DNA of 64,000 nucleotides from Squalus acanthias. Lineage: Eukaryota. Where the stretch lies: contig CM059425.1 of the NCBI GenBank assembly GCA_030390025.1, positions 177,384,001 through 177,448,000 of the forward strand, given 5' to 3'. This document shows, piece after piece, positions 9,993 to 23,345 of the stretch (position 1 is the first letter of the stretch; every line of letters begins with the position of its first letter). Under the pieces are notes generated by a model. That model saw nothing but the letters and a program-made list of their open reading frames with translations. It was not told the DNA's origin and ran no database searches. The translations under genes were made by a program, and so were the position numbers.

Positions 9993-11819
9993 CTACTGTT
10001 TGCCCTTCAAGGGTGATCTCCATCCCCTGCGCACTTTCCCCCTTCCCACCCTACTGCTCCTCCGTAATGGGGCCCCAGTGGCTGCAGCAAGGCTGGTGGA
10101 AGGCTGCTGAATGTCAGATGCTGAGACTACAGATGCCCTTGAAGGACGCCCTCGACCAGCTCTGGGCCTGGAGGCCCCAGCTGCAGACTGCACCAACTCT
10201 GCATGGGCGGCAGCAGTCTGGGCTGGCTGTGTTGCAGGCAGTTTAAGTGCAATGGGGAAGTGCCAGTGGTGGGAGCAGGAATGCTGTCATCCTGAGGGAG
10301 GACAGCACCTCCCTGCTCGACCGACACACTGGCACTCCCACGGGACAGAACCTCAGCATCCGGAGCAATCTGCTCGAGCACAGATTGCTGGTCTGCTGCG
10401 GCACCGTGAGAGCCCCGGGGCAATGTGGCCGAAACAGCGAGGATGGCAGCAGTCAGTGCTTGCGTGACACCAATCTGAGACTGCATGAGAGCAGTCTGAG
10501 ACTGGATGGCAGCAGCCAGTGACTGAATTGCAGCACTAAGCAATTGCGTTGCGTTGGCCTGTGCTGCAGCGGAGTGCTCCACACTCCTTGCCAGTCCATC
10601 AATGCTTTCGGGCACCCTTGCCATTGCACCCATGAGCTCAGTCTACATGCTCAAGGCCTGGCTATTCATTTCCGCGATGATGCGGCCCTCCTCTGAGTCC
10701 AGTGCAGCAGGACTCGATTGCCTACTCGCCCTCCGGGGAGATGGCCCCCGAGCTTCCCTACCCCCATGGAGTTGCTGCAGCCCGCTGGATCCTGGAGCTT
10801 CGTCCTCATCAGACCATTCCCCCCTGCTCCCCTCTAGGGAAGGCGTGGTCCCACTATCGGCATGGGCTCCTTCGGGAGACGCTGGCGCTGAGGCTCCGGC
10901 TTCCTCTTCCTCCTCGCCTGGGGCGTCGATGCCACTGGTTGGTTGAGGGACAGGCTGGTCAGCTGGTGGTTCACTATCTGAAAGCAGGGAGGTACAAGAG
11001 TGGCTTTAGCTTCAGGACAGGGGGGCAGTAAGGGAGCAAGGACTGGAGACATTTAGTAAGTTGGATTGAAAGTGTAAAAGGCTGGTGTTGTGAGGGGCAA
11101 GTGGATGAGAGAGGAGAGAAAGCTGATGAACATCCCATTGCTGCCCCCAAGGGGGTCGACCTCTCCAGCGGCCACGGCACCTATCACCTGGCTGGCAACG
11201 ATCCTGTGCACGCGCGCCTCCAAATCGCTGAGGGTGTGTAGGTCAGCCGGTCCTCCTCCCGTGCGTTGCTGCTGGCGCCTGTTGTGAGATAGCTTGGCCT
11301 GCAAGAAAAAGGACGGCGTCTGAGTGAATGTGCAGCCATGTGCTTGCCTGATGTGCCTCCCGTAGTTGAATAGCCCTTAATGTATGCAGCCATGTGCTTG
11401 CCTGATGTGCCTCCCGTAGTTGAATAGCCCTTAATGTATGCAAGGTGTGGAATGTGCGTGTGCGTTTTATGAGATGGCCATAGGTCTTGGATGAGTGTTG
11501 GGCATTTGGGGTTTTAAACCCTCTGGGCACAGAGTGAAGTTGAGATGGAGGGATGTAGAGGTATTGAAAAGCAGCCACTCACCCTGACCACCCGAGTGAG
11601 GTCGTTGAACTTTTTCCGACATTGGGTGTGGGTCCTCGGCACCAGGCTCCTGGAGGAGACGTGCTGAGCCACCTCCCTCCAGACTCTTCTGTATTCACAG
11701 GGCAATGGCCTCCTGCCACTCTGTGGGTAGAGCACTGCCCTTCGCTGCTCCACAGCGCCAACCAGAGCCACCAAGTCCTGGTCGCTGAAGTGCTGAGCTC
11801 TTTCCCTGGGCCTCTCCAT
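9993..11819 (-). pseudogene. Harbinger Myb/SANT-like DNA-binding protein gene, 3 exons (11819-11583, 11298-11136, 10977-9993)
   Basis: Exon 1 MERPRERAQHFS..WREVA..RTHTQCRKKFNDL ends at GTGAGT; acceptors tttttcttgcag and ctttcag; phases 0 and 1 keep the frame; second donor reads GG instead of GT; exon 3 has a stop and a frameshift. Confidence 0.9.
11331..11442. repeat. Perfect 54-bp tandem duplication in Myb intron 1
   Basis: TGCAGCCATGTGCTTGCC..CCCTTAATGTA starts at 11331 and again at 11385. Confidence 0.95.
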
Positions 11820-13299
11820 TGTTGGTTCCAACAGAATTGATGTACAGGTCTCTCCAGGCCGAGATTCAAGGCTGCAATGGACAGCAACATCGACCCTCCC
11901 CTTTAAGAACTGGCCGGCGCCAGTGTGTCTGTGTTCCATTGCTAACTGACATCACCTGAGCTTCGCCAGCGCTCTGAGGTAGCACCTTGCTGCTCGGCTT
12001 TAACGCCTTAAGACAGGTGTGTTGCGCCTGATTTAGCGCTCAAATCACCTCCAGGGGTGATAGAGGCCAAGTTTGCAGTCGGAGGCAATAATTAGCACCA
12101 GGTGCTAAACTTTGCGCCCGGCTGATAATTGCGCTCCAAATGGGGCGATACTGAATTTCTCCCCCAGGGAGTTCTCTGTATTCAATTTTGTTTTGCTGTG
12201 AAAGTCAACATGCATTTTCTTGTTGATACTTGAGAACATTCACAGTGATGGATTAACACCGTGACGTTACCACTGTGATAATCAACAGTTGGTTACCAGG
12301 AAAGAATAATGTTGACGTACAATTGTCCTTTCCATTGGATCCCACATAACGGCTGGGGTCTAGTCCCACATATGGTGATTGGAGGCCAGAGTCCATGTGG
12401 TGATTGAACATTTAAAGCTTGTGTGGCAATCAGAGCCATTTGACTATTCAGTGAGTTTGGGGCCTGCTTCAGTTTATAAATATAAGGAGGTGGGGAGTGC
12501 TTAAGTTGTGACAATGACCTTTCAGTGGTACTCCAGGAGAGCAGTGACAAACCTGTTTGGGGGCTGCACATCAGAGATCCATGGCCTGCTTGGAAGTCAA
12601 GGTTGGGGCCAGACTGCAGGTTGGGGTCCTTGGCCTGCTCCCAGCATCAGGATTCAGTGGTGGCGTAAAGTTAAAACCCAAGTTGCTCAGACACCAAGGC
12701 CTACCTGGAGCCTAATTTATGGTCACAGTCCTGGGCCTGCCTTGGAGATCTGAATTGAAGACAAGGGCCAGAGAGTCATGGTCTGGGTCCTGCTTGGGCT
12801 TGTGTGAGACCAAAACGAGCAAACGTTTCTGGGTACATTAGAAAAGTCCTGTGCAGTCTAGGGCTGGAGCATTGTAAGGGAAGGAGAGGAGTTGGCTGGG
12901 TTCCAGTTCATAGAGTTTTGGTGGTGAAGCTGGGTACTTTGTTACCCAACAGAGGCAGGTGGAGGAATTCTAATGTTCTGTCTCAATTCAAGCAAGGCCA
13001 GGTAACAAGAGGCCTAGGAATGGGAAATCTGAAAGCTGGAGCAGGCAGGTTACAGCAGTGATCATCAGCATCTGCTGCCTTAGGCTTCCTGTCTGGCTTA
13101 AGTCTTTGAGGCAATCTGTTAGTGCAGTGGGAGAGGTTCAGAGCGTTGATCAGATGTAACTTGCAAGAAATTAGTGATTTGAGGAGATATACCTGAGGCA
13201 CTGTTGAAAGGAAATTTCACACAGTCAGCATTTTGAGGTCAGTATCTGCTTGTCCATTTTTCCAGATTAAAGTCAGTGCAACATCAACGGCACACCTAC

Positions 13300-13414
13300 C
13301 TGATGCTGTGGCTGCTCCAGGGTGGAACCATGTTGGGTGGGAATTCTTGTGGTAGTTATGTAAGATCAAGAATTCCTACCCACAGCAGAGTTCCATCCAC
13401 CGAAGTAGCATCAG
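13300..13414. repeat. Imperfect inverted repeat (hairpin, tiny MITE-like)
   Basis: CTGATGCT..TGGAAC..GGGTGGGAATTCTTG pairs with CAAGAATTCCTACCC..GTTCCA..AGCATCAG. Confidence 0.75.
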
Positions 13415-13569
13415 CGCCAGATAGGAGCTGGGAGTGGTTGTGTTTTCACAGAATCTTAATCACAACCTGCAGGAATCGCTGAGCATTGGAAAAGTGGATG
13501 CATAAATAAAGAGAGAAATAAAATCAGCAAACAAGTCAATGTACGTTATTCTTATTGTAATGGCTGTAA

Positions 13570-13785
13570 GGGAGAGGAGGAAAAGGTGTCAGCATGAACT
13601 GAGGATGGAGGGGGAAGAGAGTGCCAGCGTGAACTAGGCAGTGGGGGAGGAGGAGAAAAGTGCCAACTTGAACTGAAAGGTGGGGAGGAGGAAATAGTGC
13701 TAGCATGAAGTAAGGAAAAGGAGGGAAAAGAGTGCCAATGTGAACTGCGGGGGCAGAGTGAGAAGAGTGCCAGGGTGCACGGAGA
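13570..13785 (+). repeat. Degenerate purine-rich tandem repeat, unit about 33-36 bp, about 6 copies
   Basis: Recurrent A(A/G)AGTGCCAGC.TGAACT separated by G/A-rich tracts. Confidence 0.7.
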
Positions 13786-15225
13786 ATGAATCAGTTTTCC
13801 ATCTGTACTACTGATCTTAAAAGGAGTTAAATTATGTTGAAATGCAATTAATGCATACAGGGAATACAGCGCTGGCCTTAATAATGAGTCATGTAACAGG
13901 CTAAACCGTCTGTGCTGAAAATTTCAGGGATATTTTTCCCTTCCTTGAAAGTGAGTATCACATGAATTGAATGATTACTGCTGTTTACATGTTCCCACAC
14001 TGAGTCTGGGCTTGTTTTTCTCTGTAATGTGAGCCTAGGCAAAGATAATAATAATGGCAACTTATGTGAGGTACTGGAGGCCTATTGGTGGCCGTGGAAC
14101 CGTACGCCAGCAAGAAACAGCATCTTCAGGAGAGATGGGGAAACAAATTGGGAAAAAAACATTTTATCATTGGGAGTTAATCAAGTTGCATATGTCACGA
14201 TTCCAAGTTGTAACATGCAGAGCTGGTCATTTGCAGTGGCATGACGTAAATGGGCCACATGAAGGAATGTAATGGAAGGTTTTCTGCTCCGATGTGCTAG
14301 TGAGGCATATGCACAGGAGTCAAATAAGATGTGTTGCTGAGTATGAACACTTAAAAAGTGCTGGGAATGCGCCACCAGATGTTTTCCCACTGGGCAGTAC
14401 TAGGGCTCAAAAGACTCACACAGCTGGAGCACACGAGCCTCATTTACGGTATACGAGTTAAGGCAGGGCTTCCCTCTACCTCATTTTCCAATAGTTGCTC
14501 CCAAGACACAACATCAATGCTCTCTGTCTGTTTAAAATAGGCACACTTCCAAACTGACTTCCTGGCCTTCAGAACTAAAGTGCTTAAAGGTGTATGTTCC
14601 CTGGTTTCGCAATTGACAGTGAAATTGCATTTTTTTTTACCTTTTTGGTTTGATTTATTAGGTGCAAATTTCCATGCACTGCTGATTTTTTTTAACCTTC
14701 TCTTTGTATTTATGAAGTTGCCTTCTGAATGGAAGACAGAGAGGAGGAATACCTTTCCCACCTATGTTTCACCAGTGATGACTTTCTGCCGGTTGGGATT
14801 GTGCCCTCGATGTGCCATCTTGCCGTATAAGCAGAAAAATAGTAATGAGATGTTGGAAGTTGAAGAATGACCTGCACAATGACAGACACATGAACAACCT
14901 GCATTCCAACCCTGGTGGCAGTAAGTGACTATGCATCATGTAGCTACAATAACTTCAGGTGTGATGACCTTTGAAGATGTGAGTGTGGCAAGGCTTTACG
15001 ATGCACTTTACGGGTATATGCGAGATGCAATGAAAGAGCTGTAAAGTTGTGTAAAGGTTTGGCATGGGTGAGCTGGAATAGGTTGGCAGGCAACACTTTG
15101 TGGCATGCAATCTTAAGCCATCTAACATGGTACAGTTGGGTAACATTACCTTGACAGATTCCTTAAAGTGTGCCACCTTCTTCTGCTTCTGTTCTCAGAT
15201 CCTGCAGATAGTGTACACAGCATTA

Positions 15226-18080
15226 CATAAGAACATAAGAAATAGGAGCAGGAGGAGGCCATCTGGCCCCTCAAGCCTGCTCCGCCATTCAATAAGATCA
15301 TGGCTCATCTTTTACCTCAACTCCACTTTCCTGCACTATCCCCATATCCCTTGATTCCCTTAATATCGAAAAATCTATCGTACTCTGTCTTGAATATACT
15401 CAATGACTGAGCATGCAGAGCCCTCAGGGGTAGAGAATTCCAAAGATTCACCTCCCTCTGAGTGAAGAAATTTCTCCTCGTCTCAGTCCTAAATGGCCGA
15501 CCCATTATTCTGAGACTGTGACTCTTGGTTCTAGACTCCCCAGCCAGGGGAAACATCCTCCCTGCATCTACCCTGTCAAGTCCTGTGAGAATTTTGTATG
15601 TTTCAATGAGATCACCTCTCATTCTTCTAAACTCTAGAGAATATAGGAATAGTCTACTCAATCTGTCCTCCAAGGACAATCCCCCCATCCCAGGAATCAG
15701 TCTGGTGAACCTTTGTTGCACTCCCTCTATGGCAAGTATATCCTTCCTTAGGTAAGGAGACCAAAACTATACACAATACTCCAGGTGTGGTCTCACCAGG
15801 GCCCTATATAATTGCAGTAAGATGTCTTTACTCTTATACTCAAATACTCTTGTAATAAAGGCCAACATACCATTTGCTTTCCTAATTGCTTGCTGTACCT
15901 GTATGTTAACTTTCAGTGATTCGTGTACAAGGACACCCAGGTCCCTCTGAACACCAACATTTCCCAATCTCTAACCATTTAAAAGCTACTCTGCTTTTCT
16001 ATTTTTCCTACCAAAGTGGATAACTTCACATTTCTCTACATTATATTCCATTTGCCATGTTCTTGCCCACTCACTTAGCTTGTCTATATCCCCTTGAAGC
16101 CTCTTTGCATCCTCCTCACAACTTACATTCCCACCCAGCTTTGTATCATCAGCAAACTTGAATATATTACATTTGGTCCCCTCATCCAAATCATTGATAT
16201 AGATTGTGAATAGCTGAGGCCCAAGCACTGATCCTTGCGGTACCTCACTAGTTACAGCCTGCCAACCCGAATGACTCGTTTATTCCTACTCTCTGTTTTC
16301 TGTCCATTAACCAATCCTCAATCCAAACTAGAATATTACCCACAATCCCATGAGCCCTAATTTTATTTAATAACCTCTTGTGTGGCACCTTATCAAATAC
16401 CTTCTGAAAATCCAAATACACCACATCCACTGGTTTCCCCTTATCTATTCTGCTAGTTACAACCTCAAAAAACTCTAACAGATTTGTCAAAACACGATTT
16501 CCCTTTCATAAATCCGTGTTGACTCTGCCCAATCCTATTATTATTTTCTAAGTGCCCTGTTACCATGTCCTTAATAATAGATACTAGCATTTTCCCTGCT
16601 ACTGATGTCAGGTTAACTGGTCTGTAGTTCCCCATTTTCTCTCTCCCTCCTTTCTTAAATAGTGGAGTTACACTTGCTACCTTCCAATCCGTGGGAACCA
16701 TTCTAGAATTTATGGAATTTTGGAAAATGACAACCAATGCATCCACTATCTCTATAGCCACCTCTTTCAAAACCCTAGGATGTAGGCCATCAGGTCCGGG
16801 GATTTATCATCTTTCAGTCCCATTAATTTCTCCAGTATTATTTTTTTACTAATACTAATTTCTTTCAGTTCCTCATTCTCGCTAGAGCCTTGGTTCTCCA
16901 CTATTTCCTTGAAGTTTTTTTGCGCCTTCTTCCGTGAAGATAGACAAAAAGTATTTGATTAATTTCTCTGCCATTTCCTTATTCCCCATTATAATTTCTC
17001 CTGTCTCAGCCTGTAAGGGACCCACATTTACTTTACCCACATCGCTAATCTTTTCCTTTTTACATACCTGTAGAAGCTTTTACAGTCTAATGTTATGTCT
17101 CTTGCTAGTTTACTGCCATATTCTATTTTCCCTTTCTTTATCAATTTCTTCGTCCTCCTTTGCGGAATTCTAAAATCCTCCCAATCCTCAGGCTTACTAT
17201 TCTTTTTGGCAACATTATAAGCCCCTTCCTTTGATCTAATACTATCTTTAACTTCTCTTGTTAACCACGGTTGGACCACTTTTCCTGTGGAGTTTTTGTG
17301 TCTTAAAAGGAATGTATACTTGTTGTAAATTATGTATTAATTCTTTAACTGCTAGCCATTGCTTCTCCACCATTTAGTTTCCCAATCTACCTTAGGCAAC
17401 TCGCCCCTCATACCTACATAGTTTGCTTTGTTTAGGTTTAAGACCCTCATTTTGGATTTAACTAAATCACTTTGAAACTCAATATAAAATTGTATCATAT
17501 TATGATCACTCTTCCCTAAAGGCCCCTTTACTACAAGGTTATTAATTAACCCTTTCTCGTTGCACAATACTAGATCTAAACCTAGTTGGTTCCTCAAAAT
17601 ACTGATCTAGAAAACTATCTTGCATACATTCCATGAATTCGTCCTCCACACTATTACTGCAAATTTGGTTTGCCCAGTCTATATGTAGATTAAAGTCCCC
17701 CATGATTACCCTTGTTACATGCACCTCTAATTTCCTGATTTATACTCTGCCCTACATTACAACTACTGTTTGGGGGCCTATAAACAACTCCCACCAATGT
17801 TTTCTGCCCCTTGCTGTTTCTTAGCTCCACCCAAACTGATTCTACTTCTTGATTTTTGGAGCTAAGATCCTTTCTCTCTACTGTCTTTATACCTTCCTTT
17901 TTTATCAGGGCTACCCCACCTCCTTTTCCATTTTGCCTATCTCTTCTAAAAGTTAAGTATCCTGGAATATTTAGTTCCCAACCTTGGCCACATTGCAACC
18001 TCGTCTCCGTTATAGCTATTTCTATCTGCGCTATTAATTCATCAATTTTGTTGCGAATGCTTCGCGCATTCAGATATAGT
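15226..18080 (-). mobile_element. CR1 LINE, most of ORF2 (decayed) plus 3' UTR
   Basis: LYLNARSIRNK, IMGDFNL, SDHNMI, NYRPVNLTSV, YLDFQKVFDKVPH, FADDTKL, LVRPHLEYCV; tail (TTCTTATG)n at 15226-15245. Confidence 0.95.
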
Positions 18081-18520
18081 GGGCTGGATTTTGAATCTGG
18101 GGTCGGGTTGGTGTCGGGAAGCACACATTCTGGCTTGTGAACCCGCCTCCATCGAGATGTGGCCAGCCCACTGTATTTTCCCTTGATTGACCTTGTTGAG
18201 CCCGCCCAGTGGGCTCAGCAGGCCAATTAAGGGCCACCCGGCAACAGGTGATGTCACAGATTGACATTTCATCTGTCAAGAGCTTTTGACAGATGAAATA
18301 TCAGCGTTTGACAGCTCTGTGAAGCTGTCAAACACTCACAATATGATTTCTAACTTCAGTCCTTCCTCTCAGGCTGAGTTAGAAATCATTCCAGCACAGA
18401 AAACAGAAGGCTGCAGTTTTTGACAGAACCACGGCTTTCCTGCTTTCTGTGCCAGTGAGATTTCTAACTCCCGAGAACTGAAGGGCTGACACCTGCAGGA
18501 GGAAGTTAAGGTAAGTAAAA
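18081..18520. mobile_element. Probable non-autonomous DNA element (Harbinger-like end GGGCTGGATTTT)
   Basis: Terminus resembles GGCCGGAATTTT at 37867; GC-rich subterminal region; truncates the CR1 5' end. No partner terminus found. Confidence 0.4.
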
Positions 18521-20854
18521 CTTTTTCAAATCTTCATCTATGGGATTTTCAAGACAATAAATGTCCTTGCAGACAAATACAAACCATGTCCCACGTCATT
18601 GAATTGTACCCACTGACTAAACTATCTGGTGGCCTAGGCGCTTTGCATGCTGGTGATGACAATGCTCCAAGATGGCTGCAATAGTATGAAAGAGTCTGCA
18701 TACACTAAATAATAAATATGCAGTCATTTATCTTTAAGTGCACACACTTGCTTAACTTGGAGTTGCTTGGCAGAATTTCTGCATCCCCATTAGACTTTCT
18801 TCAAATGAGCTGACCACAGAACATCAGGGGCTGTCGGTTCACTGTGTTATTGGTGTGCTTTCTTCAGCAACTATGCAAAAAAGCTGAAATTGCACCAGTA
18901 GCGTAAAATGGGAAGGATTCGGTTTGGATGCCCATTTTACAACCCGTCTGATTTTACCTACATTGAAGTCAGTGAAGGTCTATTCTTTGTAAACAAGTAT
19001 AGGATTTTAGTACACGTAGCATAGCGAGGAAATCTCCCCTCAGCAACCCCTGGCCCACCTCCCCGCCATCTTTATTTACAGGTGGAGCCAGTGTGAAGAA
19101 TTTAGGTTTATGTCGTGTGTACACAAACTAACATTGTCCGTTTACTGCAGAGCGCAAAATTGTCGCTTGTCAAGTGTTTATTTCTTATAATTAAGAAAGT
19201 GATTGCTGTTGAATTTTAATTGAATATCTGAGGGTAAACAGTCCGGTGGTGCTGTTGCACTGAGTGAAGCTTCCAGTTGCCATTTTGACTCTGTCATGAA
19301 CCTGTTCTAAATTCCAGAGATAAGGTCATTACCATATTGGGGCCAAGCGCCTGTGCCAGTAGGGGCGCTACAGGGGTGCCCACCCGGTGCAGTAGGCGAT
19401 AACTGGAGCAGCTCCTTACCGCTCCAGCAGGCCTCTAAAAGGCCTTGCTGCATCAGGCTTCCTCCATTAACTGCTGCACGGAAGGTTGGCCATGGCAGTC
19501 AATGTGCTTCAGCAATGGGGCGGACACCTGGCACAGCTGGGGTTCTGCCCCAAATTCCAGTCCCCCAGATGTTCACACTCTAGATTTCCACCCCAAGAAG
19601 GATCGGCCTTTCCAGGCTGTTATTTTTCCACTGGCAGGAAAAACACTTCCATTGATAAACCTTTTGTGTAGTTTTGGGAAATTATTTGGGAGACATGGAA
19701 TATTTTTCTTAAAAGAGTGGAAAATCCACCAGAAGTAGCTTTCCATCAACAACTTGGAAGATTCCCTCTTGACAGTGTTTTCTCAAAACCTTCAGTACAT
19801 GAGGCATTAACTAAGTACTTTTATAGATAATGTTAGGAGTTACAGTATCAACGGGTGCTAAGTAACTCTAATTGTAAATGTTAAAGAAAATCTCAATACT
19901 TAGCGACAATTCCTACCCTCTCAGTTTTTACATATTAAAACTGCTTCCCTCCCTCACATATTCTGCATGGTATTTAAAACTGTGATCTGCCCCACCTCCT
20001 CTACCTCCTCCTTCTTTACCTTTTAACCCTGGCTGATATTGTGCACTAAAGTTAATGTTGCCTTGGAAACAGAGACACAGATCTAATGCTTAAAATAGAA
20101 TTGATTACAATACACACACATTTATTTTGCTCCATGTGAATGTAGTTGTCTATCCTGAATTCTGGTATATAAGAAGTTTAGAATGTCCATTTTTCCCTTT
20201 CTTCTCTGCGGTACAGTGACAGCACTGGGACTGGTGCTTCACACACCACTTTTCAGGGAACCAGATTCATCCAGGGAGGAGGGAGGTCAATATGGACACT
20301 CTATAAATATTTGCTTCCCTGACCAAGAGTTGAACCATGACTGTAGCAGTGATAATACCAGTTTCTCAGCACAATTACGTCAGTGATTACTTTATCAAGC
20401 AAAGAAGAGATTTTTATCAGTCTGGTGTCACCCAATCATGATGTCACACTACTTGCCTGAAGTCACATAGAAATCTAGAAGCTCTCTGTATTTCACCTTC
20501 ATTTATTTCCACAAGTAGTGGCGCCACCTATTCCCATGTCCAAAGGACAAGGATAGGATGGAGGATGGATCCTGGCTTGAATTATGAGGCTTGTTTTGAA
20601 GCTGATGGAAATTTCTTGAAAATCTTAACTTTAATAATTAATAATCAACAGTTAATGCTTCCATTTCACAATACACAGAAGCAGAATGGAAATAACTGAT
20701 TTTTATTTTCAAAAAAGAAGAGTATTGGCATGCCGGGTATATTTTAGCTATTTCCAGACAGCTCAATCAATGGTCCAAAACTGAATAGATTTCAGCAGTA
20801 AGTGCAAAACAATCACTAGCACACACCTCTTCTATTTAATAACAGGCAAAAATG

Positions 20855-21522
20855 GCATCACCTTGGCTCAGTTGGTAGCATTCTCAACTCTGAGTTAGAA
20901 CATCTCACAGAAGTCTCACAGAATCCCCACAGTGCAGATAGAGGCCATTTCGGACCATCGAGCCTGCATCAACACATATCCCACCCTATCCCCGTAACCC
21001 CACATATTTAATCCCCCCTAACACTAAGGGTCAATTTATCATAGCCAAATCAACCTAACCCGCACATCTTTGGACTGTGGGAGGAAACCCACGCAGACAC
21101 GGGGAGAATGTGCAAACTCCACACAGACAGTCACCCGAGGCCGGATTTGAACCCGGGTCCCTGGCGCTGTGAGGCAACAGTGCTAACCACTATACCACCG
21201 TGTTGCCCAACATCTGTGGGTTCAAACCTCACACTGGAATGAAGCTCATTTACTAGCTTGGCTCTAGTGCAGTACTGAGGTGATGTCCTTCAGATGAGAT
21301 GTTAAAGTGCAATTATGTTCAGCTAAACATTAAAGATCCCATACATAGCACTATTTAAAGATAGAACAGGAAGATGTTCTGGCCAACATTCCTCGCCTCA
21401 ACCAACACTACTTCTCATTCTTCTCTTTGTTGTTTGTGGGATCTTACTATGTACAAAATGATTGCTTTGAGCTATTTCTAAAAGAGGTGATTGGGTGCTA
21501 TATAAATACAAGTCTTTCTTTC
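20855..21522 (+). mobile_element. Deu-domain tRNA SINE (SacSINE1-like), older copy, split by an HE1-like SINE
   Basis: TGGCTCAGTTGG box A, GGGTTCAAAC box B, CAGATGAGATGTTAAA..AAAGATCCCAT core, L2-type tail; homologous to 42531-42980. Confidence 0.8.
20906..21208 (-). mobile_element. HE1-like V-SINE
   Basis: tRNA head (AGTGGTTAGCA, GGGTTCAAATCC), V-domain TGTGTGGAGTTTGCACATTCTCCCCGTGTCTGCGTGGGTTTCCTCC, 7-bp TSD AACATCT (20899-20905 and 21209-21215). Confidence 0.92.
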
Positions 21523-21687
21523 TAAATATTTAATTTAGCTAACAGAAATATTGAATGTGATATCATCAGCTATAATGATTTGCCCTGCTCACCATCTGTA
21601 GTGACATTGTGAACAAATGTAGAAAGTTTTCCTCCGGTTGGTATTTCTAGTGGAATTATAAAATTGTTACCATTTCACGAGAAGTAA

Positions 21688-21916
21688 TGACATGAATCTT
21701 GTCATTCATGTGGAAATTACTTATGAAATAATACTGGGCAGCCTGTTGGTGGCGCTGTCCAGGGAGAGTATAAATACTCGGGCATGGGCCCAGCTTGCTC
21801 AGGACATTCTTTAACAGGAACTAGGGAAGGACACAACTAGACCTCCATGTTGAAAAACAGTTGATTAAAGCTTTGTTTAACGCTTAGACTAAGTGCCTAG
21901 TAGTTTTCTTACGTCA
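21688..21916 (+). mobile_element. 229-bp solo-LTR-like element, copy 1
   Basis: TGACATG..ACGTCA termini, TATAAATA and ATTAAA motifs, 5-bp TSD AGTAA/AGTAG. Confidence 0.8.
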
Positions 21917-23345
21917 AGTAGCAACCAGTGTTCCATGATGACACGATAGTGTTCAGGGGAAGCCATCCCTACTGGTGTTAGCAATCTCTCTAAATGGTAA
22001 ATGGCTGCTCTAAGTAAGTGGAAAAAATTCACTTTTGAAAGTTGTTTTTACTGTACAAAGTAATCGATAAAAATTAATTTGTGATGGGAACCAAATCTAG
22101 TAGGACTGCTTTGCGTGTCAAAGGTTGAACACTGAAGTCTCCTTTTGCTGTTGCTCCATGGTCACTCAGTGGTAAGTGTGTGGAGTAGATGGAGCAATCC
22201 ACACAGTGAACTCTGAACACAACTAATGAAGAGAGCCGCGTCTGAATATAAAACAGAAACCCTTGCTTAAATTGCCCTTTCTTTGCTGTACACATGCTAG
22301 TTGATTTGAAATTGTACGTACTCCTTCGAACTGCTGCCTTTAGCTCCAAAATGTTGCATTTCTAAATTAAAAGTACTGAGCCTGAATTTCCTGACTGGTT
22401 TTGCCAGCAAACTGAGCAGGATTGAGTGGAGAACAATCCAAGAGGGAGCAGTTCCACTTTCTCCCTGCCCTCTGACACAGGCACTTTCCACTGGAAGTGA
22501 CATCAGGCGCACAATCACCTAAATATGGGTGGGGATATTATAGTGAGAGTCAAATGATGCAAATACAATGTATTTGCTGTCATTTGCGCCCAAGCAATGC
22601 TGAGTTTAAGCAACACCTGTGTTGCTATGAAAATCAGCGTATTCCAAATTGGGCCACTTTTTTAGGTTTCTGAAGATGCTTCAATTGGCACTGCAGGCCC
22701 ACTTACAAAGCAATTTTTTTTCCACTGTAAGTGACCTCTGCACTTGCCCAAAATATTTAAATGCCCTTAGCCCTGGTCAGGGCACAGCTATTTTGAAAGT
22801 TGTGTATACCTACTGCACACCCCATATATCTACTTATATTTGCATATTCTTCAGTTTTCAACTTTTTCGAGCAGTGTCAATTTTTTGACGCTGTTTGCTA
22901 GCAGTTGCTAGTATTCTAGGTTGGCATGCATGTGATTGAACAGAAATTATTATTTGGCAAACTGATAAAATCATAGAATGGTTACAGCACAGAAGAAGGC
23001 CATTCGGCCCATCGAGCCTGTGCCGGCTCTCTGCAAGAGCACTTCAGCTAGTTCCACTCCCCCGCCCTTTCCCCGTAGCCCTGCAAATTTATTTCCTTCA
23101 TATACTTATCGAACTCCCCTTTGAAAGCCATGATTAAGTCTGCCTGCACCAGTCTTTCAGGCATTGCATTCCCAATCTTAACCACTCACTGTGTAAAAAA
23201 GTTTTTTCTTACATCGCCTTTGGTTCTTTTGCCAATCACCTTAAATCTGTGTCCTCTGGTTCTCGACCCATCTGCCAATAGGAACAGTTTCTCTCTATCT
23301 ACTCTGTCCAGACCCCTCTTGATTTTGAACATTTCTATCAAATCC

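Larger units (their letters stand above)
8021..12165 (+). mobile_element. Full-length PIF/Harbinger transposon H3 (4.1 kb)
   Basis: TIRs (A)GGGGAAAAATTCGG and CTGAATTTCTCCCCC; 3-bp TSD AGG; convergent transposase and Myb genes. Confidence 0.96.

Noticed and set aside
8508..11819. Domesticated host genes HARBI1 and NAIF1/MSANTD
   Set aside because: The ORFs are broken and lie inside TIRs with a TSD; several paralogous copies occur in the window.
12298..15202. Minus-strand coding exon chain (15202-15151, about 14871-14764, about 14527-14480, about 12463-12297)
   Set aside because: The phases do not join into one open frame and no protein is recognised.
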